A stretch of DNA of 63,714 nucleotides, counting the filler, from Hyphochytrium catenoides (taxonomy: Eukaryota; Protista; Hyphochytriomycota), in NCBI GenBank assembly GCA_900088475.1. It is 6 parts of 6 records of this genome, joined end to end, with 100 filler letters (N's around TTAATTAATTAA, not from the genome) between each part and the next. Parts side by side here need not be neighbours in the genome. Positions count along the whole stretch, not along the records: positions 1 to 30,633 come from FLMG01003541.1; positions 30,734 to 36,847 come from FLMG01000612.1; 4 more parts are not named here. One strand, written 5' to 3'. A program made the translations under genes and the position numbers. Positions 23,677 to 35,354 of this stretch are shown here, piece by piece. The notes under the pieces were generated by a model, which was not told the origin of the DNA, searched no databases, and was given only the letters and a program-made list of their open reading frames with translations. The first letter of the stretch is position 1. The number at the start of each line of letters is the position of its first letter.

Positions 23677-24345
23677 ATGGCAATCTTTGGCAGGGGCTTC
23701 CTGGCAGTGGCCTCTCTTGCTCTTCTTGGGTTGTCTAAGTCATTGACTGTCGACTCTCATACCGGTGATGCTAAGCCTGTCACTGCGCTAGAGGAGAGAG
23801 CATCGTTCAACGAGAGCTCGGACTTCAAGTTTGACCTTCTGGGATCCAAGCCCACCAAGGGACCAGGAGGAGAGGCGCGCATGGTCACTGCCAAGCAGCT
23901 TCCAGCGCTTCAAGGAGCCGGGGTAGCGATCTCTCTGTATATCTTAGAGCCCTGCGGCATTAATATGCCCCATATTCATCCTCGGGCTACAGAGATCCTC
24001 TACGTCGTCTCTGGATCCGGTCTTCGCACAGCCTTTGCTGAGGAGAATGGCAGCAATCGGACCGTCGTCAACGAACTGAAAGCTGGAGAGATCACCTTCT
24101 TCCCTCAGGGACTGATTCACTACCAACAGAACCTCGGCTGCGAGCCCGTGACTTACATCCAGGCTCTTAACAATGAAGATCCTGGAACCATTACCATCGC
24201 TACTCATCTCTTTGACCTGCCTGACGAAGCTCTATCAGCTAGCCTTAACGTCACGGCAAGTGAAGTTGAGAGGCTCCACGATGGACTACCACAAAACCCT
24301 GCGCTTGGGAAGGAAGAGTGCAAGAGCATTTGTGGGCTGCAGTAA
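23677..24345 (+). CDS. Secreted spherulin-1/germin-like cupin
   Basis: Signal peptide MAIFGRGFLAVASLALLGLSKS, germin boxes PCGINMPHIHPRATE and FFPQGLIHYQQN. The true start is likely the ATG at 23677 rather than the longer ORF start. Confidence 0.9.
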   Translation: MAIFGRGFLAVASLALLGLSKSLTVDSHTGDAKPVTALEERASFNESSDFKFDLLGSKPTKGPGGEARMVTAKQLPALQGAGVAISLYILEPCGINMPHIHPRATEILYVVSGSGLRTAFAEENGSNRTVVNELKAGEITFFPQGLIHYQQNLGCEPVTYIQALNNEDPGTITIATHLFDLPDEALSASLNVTASEVERLHDGLPQNPALGKEECKSICGLQ

Positions 24346-25202
24346 TTGACTGCAACCACGGCCTTGAGGCGGCGGTCTCTGCATTTTTGGGATTCTCCCG
24401 CGTAATAGACTGGTTTTTTGAAGGCGGTTTGCGCTTGGGTAGAAGTAACAGCAACTAGACTATCATAAGCTTCCTAACGATTTTAACAAACCTTGAGTTA
24501 GATAAGCGCAACTCGCTCTATAATAAGTCGCATCCTAGTGCTATCGGGAGACACAGTCTAGTGGCATGCTATTGACAGTAGGGTCGCATGCTCTAAGCAA
24601 AGGTGAGACCCGCCTCATGTCTGGCAGAAGCGACGTGCGTGGGCACCGCTAATCGACCTCATCCTGAACACTCTGGCACGTCCCTTCTAGTAACACCTAC
24701 AATAACTCCTTGACCTGATCCCAGACTCCCGTGTCCCGCCCAGCCTAGGCAACAACAAGCACCTTCAGTATCTCCGCTCTGCACACAGCAAACAGCGCTT
24801 TCTTCTCTTCTGACGCCACTGCGAACGAAGCAGCTTGATGAAGCTCAATTTTGAAGATTTCGCCAGATCCGATTTCTATCGGGTCCAGGGGGAGCTCTGA
24901 ACGCCCGATGGGATGGTTGTCTGTACAGCCTGTACGATGCTTAACAACGGTCCACGGCTGAATAAGAAACGGCTTTGGGGAGTGAATCAGAACTCTCTCC
25001 TTCGGCTTCAGAATTATTTCCGCAATGGCAAATCTCTGTTTTGGTGCGTCACAGAGTTCGCGCTCACGATGGCAATATCCGAGAAGAGATGCAGGCTGAG
25101 TTGTGACAAGTGAGACAAAGATAGGCCTGTATGCTAGCACAGCGCTTGAGGGATAGAGTGACGCGTTGCTATATTGTAGAGTAGATTACGCATCTCCCAT
25201 AG

Positions 25203-27960
25203 TTGCAAGGTACTAGAGCCATGTTCTTCTCATCCACTTTTACTTTTGGCGCAGCGGAGCTCCTCGCCTGTCTGCCAAGCCTACAGAGTGGTAGTGACGC
25301 CGAAGTCTCACCCGGGCGGCTAAATGAGGACGTTGAAGAAGAGATTGTGGTATTGAGCACACGTCAGTTCAGTCAGGATCCATGGCCAAGGCATACCTTA
25401 AACATATCCCCTGGAGCTGCAGACTTGAGTCACAAACCTACTGAACTTGCAGAAGGTCTGCTTCCCTTTCCAAATTCGCCGTTTGCGAAGCTAAACCCAC
25501 TGCCATATTCTGAAGATCAACCCGTGCCTAAAGCTCTGCCGCTCTTCACTGCAACTGCACCGGCATTGCAAAAACCACGCGTCGTAGTAAGCGTTGAGCC
25601 TATCAACGGTTCGAGTCCCTCCTGGAGAAGCATCAGAAAGAAGCGAAGAAAGAAGTCTCTTCCACAAGGAAACCCCGAGATTATTGGGCATGAAATAGAC
25701 CCAGCAATAGACAGAAAAGCTGACCTAAAACTTAAAGTTAGGCCAAAAAGGCGCACTAAGCTGAGGCCAGCTGCTTTCTCGACCCTCACCATTGCACAGC
25801 AGCCTAACGTCTTATGGAGATCGATCTCTCAGGACGAGCTACGACGACACAAGCGTTATCTCGCACTTCCGGCAATTCCTTCGTCTTTGTCCTGGCGCCA
25901 TGGCATTTCTATGTATGCCACTTCATACATTCGGCAAGGTAAATGTTAGTCATTTTGCACTCAGGTCGAGTCGCCATGCTGACATATGCTGCGCTTACTC
26001 CATCCCTTTCCCTACCCTTTATCGCTTCCATTGGCGCTCCGTTGCGCGCCATACAGGGTCAGAACAGTGGCATAAATTGCACAGAGGTATCCTAACTGCA
26101 TCCAAGCTGACAGCCATCCTGGGCTTTCGAGAGGAGTACACAGCCGCCTATTTGGGCTTACGCGAGGAAGTTGACCATGGAGCGTTGCTCTCTGCATATC
26201 ACGGCCTACAGTGTGAGCCACTCATTAGAGTACCATGGCTGGCAGGATGGCGACAAGGTGAGTTGAAAACGAGGGGCGGATGTTGGACATCTAGAGGGCG
26301 AATGAGTGGAAGGAGGGAGGTAGAGAGCTGCTTGCAGACAACAAGAAGACGAACTTGGGTCAAGGAGCTGAAACTTGCTTGGCTTTTCTTTGATAGCGGA
26401 CGAAGCTCTTGACCCTTTAGATCTTGAGCTGGAGAGGCTAAGCTTCAACTGCCCACAAGTGAAAGGGTCATTCTCCTGGAGAAAGATACGAGGTCTGTGT
26501 CCGGTATCCCTCTACGTGATCTAGCCTCAATTGTCCCAGTCTTATTTCTCGCTTTGTTCCGCTACTGTCGCCTTCGCGGTCTCTTTCCGACTTGTGTTGG
26601 GGCGTCGCCCTCTCCGCTTTGACCCCCTTTGTCAATATTTTCATCTTGGGCTAGGTCCTCATAACGTTCGTACGTGCTTCGCTTCTACAGAGGCAGGTCA
26701 GACTTCTCCCTCAAGTGGTGCGGAAACAGACTATGCTACGATCTCTGACGTACGGTGTGACTGGGGAACTGCCCAAGAGGCATCTGCCCTGTTCTCACTC
26801 CTGAAGAGCTGGCGCGGTTGTATGATAGAGGAAGTTGGCCTTTGTATCGTTGACTGGAGTAGGCCGCAGCTTAAAGCGCTGCTCGAAGAAGTTGGACTGA
26901 CGCCAGAGGATGTACCCATTATGGGAGCATCCCCTGATGGCAGGCTTGTCAGCTGGAGTAAGCCATTCCTTCCCTGTTTATTCAAGCCTGGCGATAACAT
27001 TTTCAGCAAAGTCTTACATGCCGTCACTCAAAGCTTTGTCCCTCCTTTGTTTACCTTTCGCGTGCTATCCCCAAGCGATTGATTGACGGCTGACTTCTTT
27101 TTGATATCCATAACGCAGGTGGTACCTACACGGAGGCGATTGAGGTCAAGAATGTCTGCCCCTTCGCCTGCGAGCGGGATGGAGCAGGAAACGAGAATTT
27201 TGTTTTGGACGACAAGGGACCTCACGACTTTATACCGCCTCGTTATCTCCCACAACTGCAGCTGGAGGTAGTGATTTTTTAGGACACTGGTCGTCCTGCT
27301 GTATCTCCTTGTTCTCGCGGTCCCTAAATCTTTTTCTTTGTGCTCATTATGGGCTTACAACTTCACTTTGTCTCGCACTCTGATTTCTTGCACCATCGTT
27401 AGCCTGGCGATCGCTAACTGTCTCTTTCCGCAGATGCTTGCCGACGATTGTACTGTCAATAACTTCGGTATGGACATATAAAAGGTGTCCTGTCCTGTGC
27501 TGCTCTTTATTACCGTTCTAACCCCGTCATATGGCATGTTTTCCCTACAGTGTCTCGCTCAGCTACGAAGGGAATGAACATCTTCAAGGTGTAACATATG
27601 ATGTTAAGAGTAACTTCTCCGACCATTGTCAACTAACATCCTCGCTGCCCTTCCTCTATAATCTGCTCTATGGCTCTATGGTGTCATCCTATGGTTGACT
27701 TACACGCGTAGGTTTACCGGGATGACGAGTATATCCAGCTCATGTTGAAGCTCGTTTCCCGCTTTTATAAGGAGCACGTGAAAACCCGCTGCCTACCCGA
27801 CCGTGACATCTTTTGGGATGACCCTGACTATCATCAGTTTCTGCTGTACACCAGGGAGATATGCACAGCTACGCCGCTCTATGAGCACATCCTTAACATT
27901 CTCCAGGTGCCGAGAAACGTTGATCCTTTCCTCAGCGCAGACGAGTCGCAGAGCCCGTAG
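25203..27960 (+). CDS. YqaJ-like viral recombinase / lambda-exonuclease-domain protein, multi-exon; start uncertain
   Basis: Exons encode TGSEQWHKLHRGILTASK, DWGTAQE, IEEVGL, IMGASPDG, AIEVKNVCPF, RYLPQLQLE, VYRDDEYIQLML: the full PD-(D/E)xK motif set of YqaJ. Confidence 0.85.
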
Positions 27961-28115
27961 GATACCTAGGATCCCTGTGTCTGAGAGAGAGAGAGTCCCA
28001 TACCCCAAGCACTGAGCGCCAGTGAAGCGAGATAGCTTGAGCTGCTCAGCGATAACCCCAGGAACTAATACTGCAGAGAGAGAGCTTGTTTGTCTCTCTT
28101 CCTAGTGCCACGCTG

Positions 28116-28990
28116 TCATGTCGGGAGGTGACTAATGCGTAAGCTTCTGATCACCTTGGCGGCCTCTAACTCCTCGCCTTCCATAAGGGCAGGGGAGTAC
28201 CTAATTCGAACGATCTGGTACTGAGACCGCTTCAATGTGCTCAGCCTGACGCCGCAATGTAACACAAGCAAGATCATTTTGAGCCAAAGAGGATAGCAGG
28301 AAATCAATGGATGAGATGGCGCAAGTGTCATACCGTCTCTTGAAGTGCTTCTCCCATCCCGTCTTTGCCTCTAGCGTCTGCAGCATCTCTTGCCCCGAGT
28401 TCATTGGATCCAGCATTAGAAGAAACTTTGTCTCATCTTGCCCTGCCTGCTGTCGACGCTCTACGCCTACAAAGCGAGTGGAGGTAGAACAACCCTAAGG
28501 CTAATCCCGATGTGAGAGGTCTAAGGCAGAATAACGCTCTACCTATGATTGTCCTCGAATGGCCCTGGTACTGCAGGTATAAGGGAAGTGGGCCATCTGA
28601 GTTGAAAACGAGCAGACAAAGATCCTGTTACAACTAAGGAAGCGTGATGCGAGGTCTGGTAGAGAAGAGAGCAGAAGCTGCCAAAGGATTGTGCCACTTA
28701 CAGGCCAGGCCAGCCAAAGGAGAGAGAGAGGAGAAAAAGAAGACAGACGACTGGAGCGGACTCAGAGGAGACGTAGAAGCTCTAACCCAATCCTGGCATC
28801 TCTATAGCGCTTTCCTCGACAAAGTAGCGCCACACCCAGTCAAACATCGCGTCATGCTCGTCACTGTTCGGGTTAATGTCCACAAAGTCAATGACTTCAG
28901 CTCTGATGCCTAAAGGCACGGCGTCAAGGGCATGCAATATCACCTCTAGGAGTATGAGAGAGAGACAGAGGCCAAACCTACTTGATAAAT

Positions 28991-29024
<34 letters not shown>

Positions 29025-30158
29025 CCGTTGCTTACCGAAAGAGCGGAAGAGAACGGCACATTCAGTGGCACCAATCCACTTCCGAGTTCCCTTCAAGTGC
29101 CAAGATAACTGGCCTGCGCCCTCGACATCAAACCCCGCGCCCCAGCCCAACTCAATCCATTCCTGGAGAGAGAAGCCAGGAAGTCAGAAGAGATGGAAGA
29201 GAATGCCCTGCGATGTCACAAGCAACCAGCGATGGTCCGAGCAAGAAAAATTGGAGAGAGAGGAAAAACGACAGCTTCAGCTGGGTGAGAGCCAAGGAGA
29301 GAGAGGAGAGATTGAAACAGAAAGAGAGAGAGACATACTGTGATGAGAACAATAGAGACGAAAAAGAAGAAGAAAGAGAGCGTGCCGGGATGGGTGTAAG
29401 AGGAAGTGAAGAGAGGGGAAAACGGAAACCTGGATATCTGGTATGGTGGGAACAAAGCCGCTTCCTCCATATAGCGCCGCTCTAGGAAGGGAGGAGCAAA
29501 CATACACAAAGAGAGAGATGCACGCCCACAGGGAGAGAGAGAGAGAGAAAACAGAGAGAGAGAGAGAGAAAACAGAGAGAGAGAGAGAGAAAACAGAGAG
29601 AGAGAGAGAGAAAACAGAGAGAGAGAAAAAGAGAGCATGTCAAGAGTACGAAAAACAGATGGGAGTACAAGGAGCTTAACTCTCTCTTACCGCCACACTG
29701 GCACGTTCATCAGAGCCGAGCTGATCATCTGCCAAGCCCAAGTGAGAAGCAGTAACGAGCTCTTTAGTTCCTTCTTTTCTTAGGTGTAATCTCTCTCAAA
29801 GAGCGAGAGAGAAAGAGAAAGAGCAGCGTCTGGACAATCCTCTCCGTTGCCTTTTCTCTCCTCTGTCAGTCCTTTTTCTCTGTCCCTCTGCTTTTGTCGA
29901 TATCAATTCTCTCCTTTTTCTTTCTTCTTCGTCTCTTTCTTTCACAGAATTCCTCTCCTTCTTCTCTCCCCATGCCTCCTCTCTTCGCCAGCTGGTTCTT
30001 GCCTGTATGTTCCGGTAGCCGCATGCCCAGCCAAAGCCCATGGCCCTTCCTCCTCTCTGCGTGTAGTGCGTCAAAGAAGAGAGACACAAGTGAGCGCGAA
30101 GGCGCAGTCCAGGTCGGGGAGAGATGCTCTCATACAATGACCGCAGCTTAGATACCAA
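28116..30158 (-). CDS. ZUP1/ZUFSP (Mug105-like) peptidase C78 deubiquitinase domain; 5' part runs off the contig
   Basis: GFGWACGYRNIQ|MISSAL, AGFDVEGA, KWIGATE, PLYLQYQGHSRTII, FLLMLDP, QYQIV. Confidence 0.88.
29532..29626. repeat. 21-bp minisatellite (AG)n-AAAAC x4 in an intron
   Basis: aaaac recurs at 29548, 29569, 29590 and 29611 within an (AG)n tract. Confidence 0.85.
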
Positions 30159-30633
30159 GTCCTAAAAATATGAGAGAGCGAGAAAGAGCGAGTGAGCGAG
30201 AGAGAGTGAGAGAGACAGAGAGAGAGAGAGAGAGAGAACGTGCAGCAAAGGGACCGACGACTCAGCGTAACGAAAGTGAGGGGGGAGGGAGAAGAAGAAA
30301 AAAGGGAAAGAAAGGAAGAAAAAGTGAGAGAGAGAGGAGACGTCAGACGAGAGACGGGGGAAAGAGCGGGGAGAGACGGAGACAGGGAAAGAGATAGAGA
30401 GTCGAGAGAGACAGAGAGTGTGAGAGACAGAGAGACGCACACAGAGCGAGAGAGAGAGAGGATAAAGAGAGGGCGAAAGAGACGACTAGAGGATGTGAAC
30501 AGAAATGAGGAGCACAAAGAGAAGGGAACATGGGGCTTTTTTAGAAAGAGGAGAGAATAGAAGCTTCGTTCAGTTATAAAAGTTGGAGACACATAGTAAG
30601 GAAAAGAATCCGGAGAGACTGAGCGCGTAACAA

Positions 30634-30733
30634 NNNNNNNNNNNNNNNNNNNNNNNNNNNNNNNNNNNNNNNNNNNNTTAATTAATTAANNNNNNNNNNN
30701 NNNNNNNNNNNNNNNNNNNNNNNNNNNNNNNNN
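30634..30733. other. Artificial contig linker N44-TTAATTAATTAA-N44
   Basis: Palindromic 12-mer with stops in all six frames, flanked by 44 N on each side. The same structure recurs five times in the window. Confidence 0.97.
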
Positions 30734-30870
30734 CGAGCCGAGCGAGCTGCTACTGTAGGCCTTGAGGAAATAAAGGGCTACAGAGCAAGCAACAGGACCA
30801 TCACAATCACATGGCCTGTCTGCCAATTCTACTTGGGCCCGAAGATTGACAGCTACATTACAAGATATAA

Positions 30871-32961
30871 GGGTCTGTCTGGATTCAGCAAACTTGGGCT
30901 TTGTGATAACCTGCAATATCGCGAGTTTGCTTTTTATCGTGATAACCGATCATTTCTTGATAAGCCGTGATATTCTTCCGTCTGGATTCGGCTAGTTAGG
31001 TGGAGTAATAATACGTTGATGTGCTGAGAGAGATAGAAACATTGCAGACCTGAAAAATACTAGTGTAGTGTTCAGGTCTGGAAGACTATGCTGATGCAGG
31101 AGATGCTGATTCGCAAACTTTGCTTCACCTCTTCAAGCTTTCAAGGGCAGGCAAGAAGAGCAATGCACAATCCCAGCGCTGTGCTCTGAGAGCTGGGACG
31201 GAAGAGTGATGAACGAATCATGAAAGAAGCGTTGTTCAGTCAGGCCATTGACTTGTTGCAGCAGCAGGAGAAAGTCTACACACAATGGGCAAGAGGTCTC
31301 GAAAAGCCAAGGACACAAAGACTTGCAGATAGTGGAGGAGGAGGACTACCATTGATGAACTACTTATTTTACTAAGAGCAGTTATCTAGGATGAGAAATT
31401 GAGCCCCCGCCGCCGGAAGAAGGCCGTCGTAGCTCTGGCTTGCGTCTTCGACTGTCTAATGAAGCACAAACAGCGCACCGACGATTCCATCGGCCATGAT
31501 GAAAACGACAACGAAGCAAAATGAGCGACAGCTCCCACGAGATGATTGTACCACCGTGGTGGCCTCTTCTCTGGCCTCAAGTAAGAGTTCTCGGTGCACT
31601 TTCCTACTACAATGAGGCCTTTTTAACAAGACCCCCTAGCGAACCTTGGTCATGATGGTTTGAGATCTGCACATAGGCACCGGTAAAGCAAGGTCCCATC
31701 AAAAAGTTCTTCAAGGAGATCTTGGTTTTGCGAGGGCTTTCTCCGGAATCTTGAGGCTTCAGGGTGGCTCTAGGAGTCAGAAGCTAGGGTGAAGATGTAA
31801 GTTACGATTGCACCTGCACGGGCTTGTTAGCGGAACGATAGCAGGGCAATGACAACTACCTCGATGTACTCGTCGTCCCAAACGTCATTGGGAGCCGTCA
31901 CCATCTTCCTCGATTCATCCCAACCGAAGCCCGAATTTTTCTCAGCTAGGACCATATAATATAGTGCTTTCAAAGCTGTACAACAAGCGTCAGGTCATGG
32001 TGGTAGTGGCGAGGGCAAGAGTGGGAGATTTAGTTATTATTAGCTGAAGGGCGACTGCTGCCATAGTAATCTGCTCTCTACAGACCTGTAAGTATCGTGA
32101 CTTCAGTTGCTGCACCGTATAAGAAACCCCAAAGCGCTGGTTGAACCTCTCCCGTGCTTCTTGCTATGCTTGTTTCTTAAGGCCTTTTTCTGCACGCCTG
32201 CCTCTACGGACTTGGTTTATCAAGACCTCTAGAAGAAGGAAGAAGGAAGGTGTTTTTGTTTGTGTGATGTCCACGATGCCCTGGTATCTGAAGCGCTCCT
32301 ATCATCACTACTGTAGGCGCTATCGTCACTGTTGTGGCGCCGATGGTGGTGGCTCTTCTTCTTTCTGCTGCTGTGATTGTTGTCTGTTGTCTGTGAAGAA
32401 GCCATGCTTCAAGCTCTAGCAGCGCACGTGGCGCTTCGACTAAGACGGGGTCGATAGAACAAATGTTGAAGATACTTGAGGGTCAAAACGAGCGGCATGC
32501 CTCGGCAGTGCCACACACAATTGTAAATCGTGGGCCAGGAGCTCAGCATGCAGCAGTGCGTCGATAAAAGAGATTGCTGCTCTGATGATAGCTGCTGCTG
32601 CCGCTACAACAAAGAAGATTATTCTTGTCACAATAACTATAAAAACTCTCATCATCTGTCAGCACCTTTTTTTACTGCGAAGTCACATTGATCCTCCTTC
32701 ATCAGTTCATCAGCCCCAGCAAACCAGCCAGCTTCCAAGATGCTGCAGGTGTGACTTGTGAAGCTGTTGTCGTCTCAGCTGTTCGTCTGTTTGAAGTGTC
32801 CATAGAATATTGACATCATGATAATGGCGGGCCATGATCTAGATAATTTTGCCCAAAGCGTGAATGCAAACAGAACAGGATATCCCTCAATTTCACGTTT
32901 GGCTAATTATCACAAAAACTACCCGTATTTTCATGATATTTTGGTGAATCCAGACAGGCCC
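30871..32961. mobile_element. Non-autonomous PIF/Harbinger-like DNA transposon
   Basis: 17-bp TIRs gggtctgtctggattca (30871) and tgaatccagacaggccc (32945-32961), 1 mismatch. Flanks are TAA and TAT. Encloses a Myb/SANT-like gene. Confidence 0.75.
31860..32300 (-). pseudogene. Harbinger-associated Myb/SANT-like DNA-binding protein (decayed, spliced)
   Basis: LLEVLINQVRRGRRAEKGLKKQA*...FNQRFG...QLKSRY|...SGFGWDESRKMVTAPNDVWDDEYI. An in-frame TAG replaces the expected Trp. Confidence 0.8.
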
Positions 32962-33563
32962 TATTAAAATAAATACTTACTTTACTTCCCATCTACTTAC
33001 TTGTACTACTTGTAGAAAGTCTTAGAAGCTTTCCAAGGAAAGAAGAAATGCCCTTCAGAAGGGGGTGCCGGTCTTCGAGGTTTAAGCATAAAAATAGAAC
33101 TAATAATAATGAGGGAAATTTGTTAGGAAAACCATGGGCTTTGGAACACCCAACTTACAAACGACAAAACCGTACGAGTTGTTAGATTTTGTCCGTTACT
33201 GTACTGGAAAGTTTTGTGATCATCTGATTGAGACTGGTTTCTGGTACTGTAGCAATAATGTTAGGCTTCTGGAAGGCTTCAGGAGACCGCTCGTAACTCT
33301 GGACCCTGAGGCCCGATTGAGCTGAAACTTCGTGCTAGCCTTCCTTGTCTGGCTTTCATTCAGTCCACCTAGCTCTTGAATGATAGCACTTGATGATGGC
33401 TATGATATCGCTGCCTTTGGACTTTGGAGGGTCAAAGATGCCTCAAATTGACTCATTATAATGAGGTAATTTGAATGTTCCGCGGGGAGGTCTCGATAAA
33501 TTACCTCATTATAATGAGTCAAAACTGGCTTAGGGATATCGTCTAAATAAGAAGCATCACCCA

Positions 33564-33887
33564 AAGACGCGAGGGTCTTGTACCCTCTGGTGCAAACCAG
33601 GAATGGGGAGAGCGTGAAGGAAGGCGCCAGCATGATTCATTCCCACAGCTAGGGGGCGAGCCTTGTCACGAAGCGGGGCCTCTGTAACTAAGCGAGAACG
33701 AAGAGACCCCTATATATCGGCAGAAAGAAGCTTCTGAACGTTGGGTAACTTCCGAAGAGGAAGAGCGAGACCGTGTGATTGGCTTCTGTCTGAAGATTGT
33801 GCTGGGCCAAAAGGTCGTCACTGTCATCTGGACTAAAGCCTTCTGGGAGTGAGACGTTTGAGTAAGGCTGCCGTTAAGGCAGCCGTC
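33564..33887 (-). mobile_element. Inverted partial copy of the adjacent non-LTR retrotransposon
   Basis: Reverse complement of 34287-34603 with scattered substitutions and small indels. Confidence 0.92.
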
Positions 33888-35354
33888 GTTGCCCGCCAAC
33901 GGGAGTAGAGATTTTGGGAACTCCAATTGGTTCTCTTGAGTTATATCCCAATTCCTTTGCGACAGATAGAGTTAAGACGCTTCACGGAATTGATTCTGCC
34001 CTAGACGCGGTGGAAGATGCTCAAATAGAGCTCTCCCTCTTTCGCGGCTGCTTAGGATATGGAAAAGTCAACTATCTCCTGCGGACATGACCACCCCACC
34101 TCTTGCAAGACTCTGTACGGGCATTTGACCTCCGGCTGCTCGAAGTCCTGCGGGCGTTGTTGCTGCACACAACGGCTCTTCCCTTAGCGTTTGGCGTCAA
34201 ACTTCTCTGCCAATCCGTTTTGGTGGGCTGGGAGTTGCCCATTGCGAGGAAATCTGTAAGGCAGCGTACATTGGATCTTCGCTGCAGACGGCTGCCGTAA
34301 CGGCAGCCTTACTCAAACGTCTCCCAGAAGGCTTTAGTCCAGATTACAGCGACGACCTTTTGGCCCAGCACAATCTTCAGACAGAAGCCAATCACACGGT
34401 CTCGCTCTTCGGAAGTTACCCAACGTTCAGAAGCTTCTTTCTGCCGATATATAGGGGTCTCTTCGTTCTCGCTTAGTTACAGGGGCCCCGCTTCGTGACA
34501 AGGCTCGCCCCCTAGCTGTGGAAATGAATCATGCTGGCGCCTTCCTTCACGCTCTCCCCATTATTCCTGGTTTGCACCAGAGGGTAGAAGACTCTCGCGT
34601 CTTCCGCGTGATGCTTAGACGATATCTGGGGATTCCTCTCTTGGACCAACCTGATAATGTAGGTTGTGTCTAGGCCCTTTTGAAATCTGTGGCGATCACG
34701 CCATGGTTTGCAGGACGGGTAGAGACAAGACAGTGCGGCATGACGGCCTGCGCAATGTATTGGTAGATATTGCTAGGTCTGCCGCCATGGTTGCTCGCCC
34801 TGAGCCTCCTGACCGGGTTCTAGCAGATGGGAGACGGCCCGGGGACTTGACCATCGAAAATTATCAACCTGGACTGACGTCCACGTGCTTGACGTAACCG
34901 TCCGAGAGCCGCTGCAACACACCTACCTTAACAATGCAGCGCTTCAGGCAGGTTACGTCGCACGTAGTGGTCATTCCCTTAAGCTCGCTCGTTATGCGGA
35001 AGGTTGCGCAGCAGCTGGATACGGATTTGTCCCTCTTGTATGGGAAACTTGGCGGTGCGACTGACGAGGTTCACCGCACATTACGCCATTGGATCCGGGC
35101 GGTCCATGATAGATGCGGAGGGGAGGTTCTTTATCATCCCTTTCCAATTCTATCTATGGGGGAATCTCGGTCCACATCCAGCGGTGCAATGCACAGATGG
35201 TCTCCGCTCGCCTTCCTCTCCCGCGAGCCCTCCAAGAAATACTCCTGCAACAGGTTCCTGGGCAGTCCTTGTTACGGATAGCTAGCTGTTGTACTACTGT
35301 TTTTATCTTCCCTTAGTGGGTTCTATAATATTCTCTAAAAGTCAATAAATAAAA
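33888..35354 (+). mobile_element. 5'-truncated, decayed CRE-like non-LTR retrotransposon (RT thumb plus restriction-like endonuclease)
   Basis: GVEILGTPIG, KVNYLLRT, LPIRFGGLG, AGAFLHALP, GDHAMVC...RHDGLRN...RRPGDL, DVTV, FVPLVWE. Contains frameshifts and ends in an aataaataaaa tail. Confidence 0.85.

Noticed and set aside
25608-25630. tRNA T-arm-like GGTTCGAGTCCC
   Set aside because: Lies in a coding exon, with no D-arm, anticodon arm or acceptor stem pairing.
30678-30689. Recurrent TTAATTAATTAA palindrome (also near 36892, 44626, 49530, 59025) as a biological motif
   Set aside because: Always centred in exactly 44+44 N and encodes six-frame stops, so it is an assembly spacer. Gene neighbourhoods across it were not interpreted.
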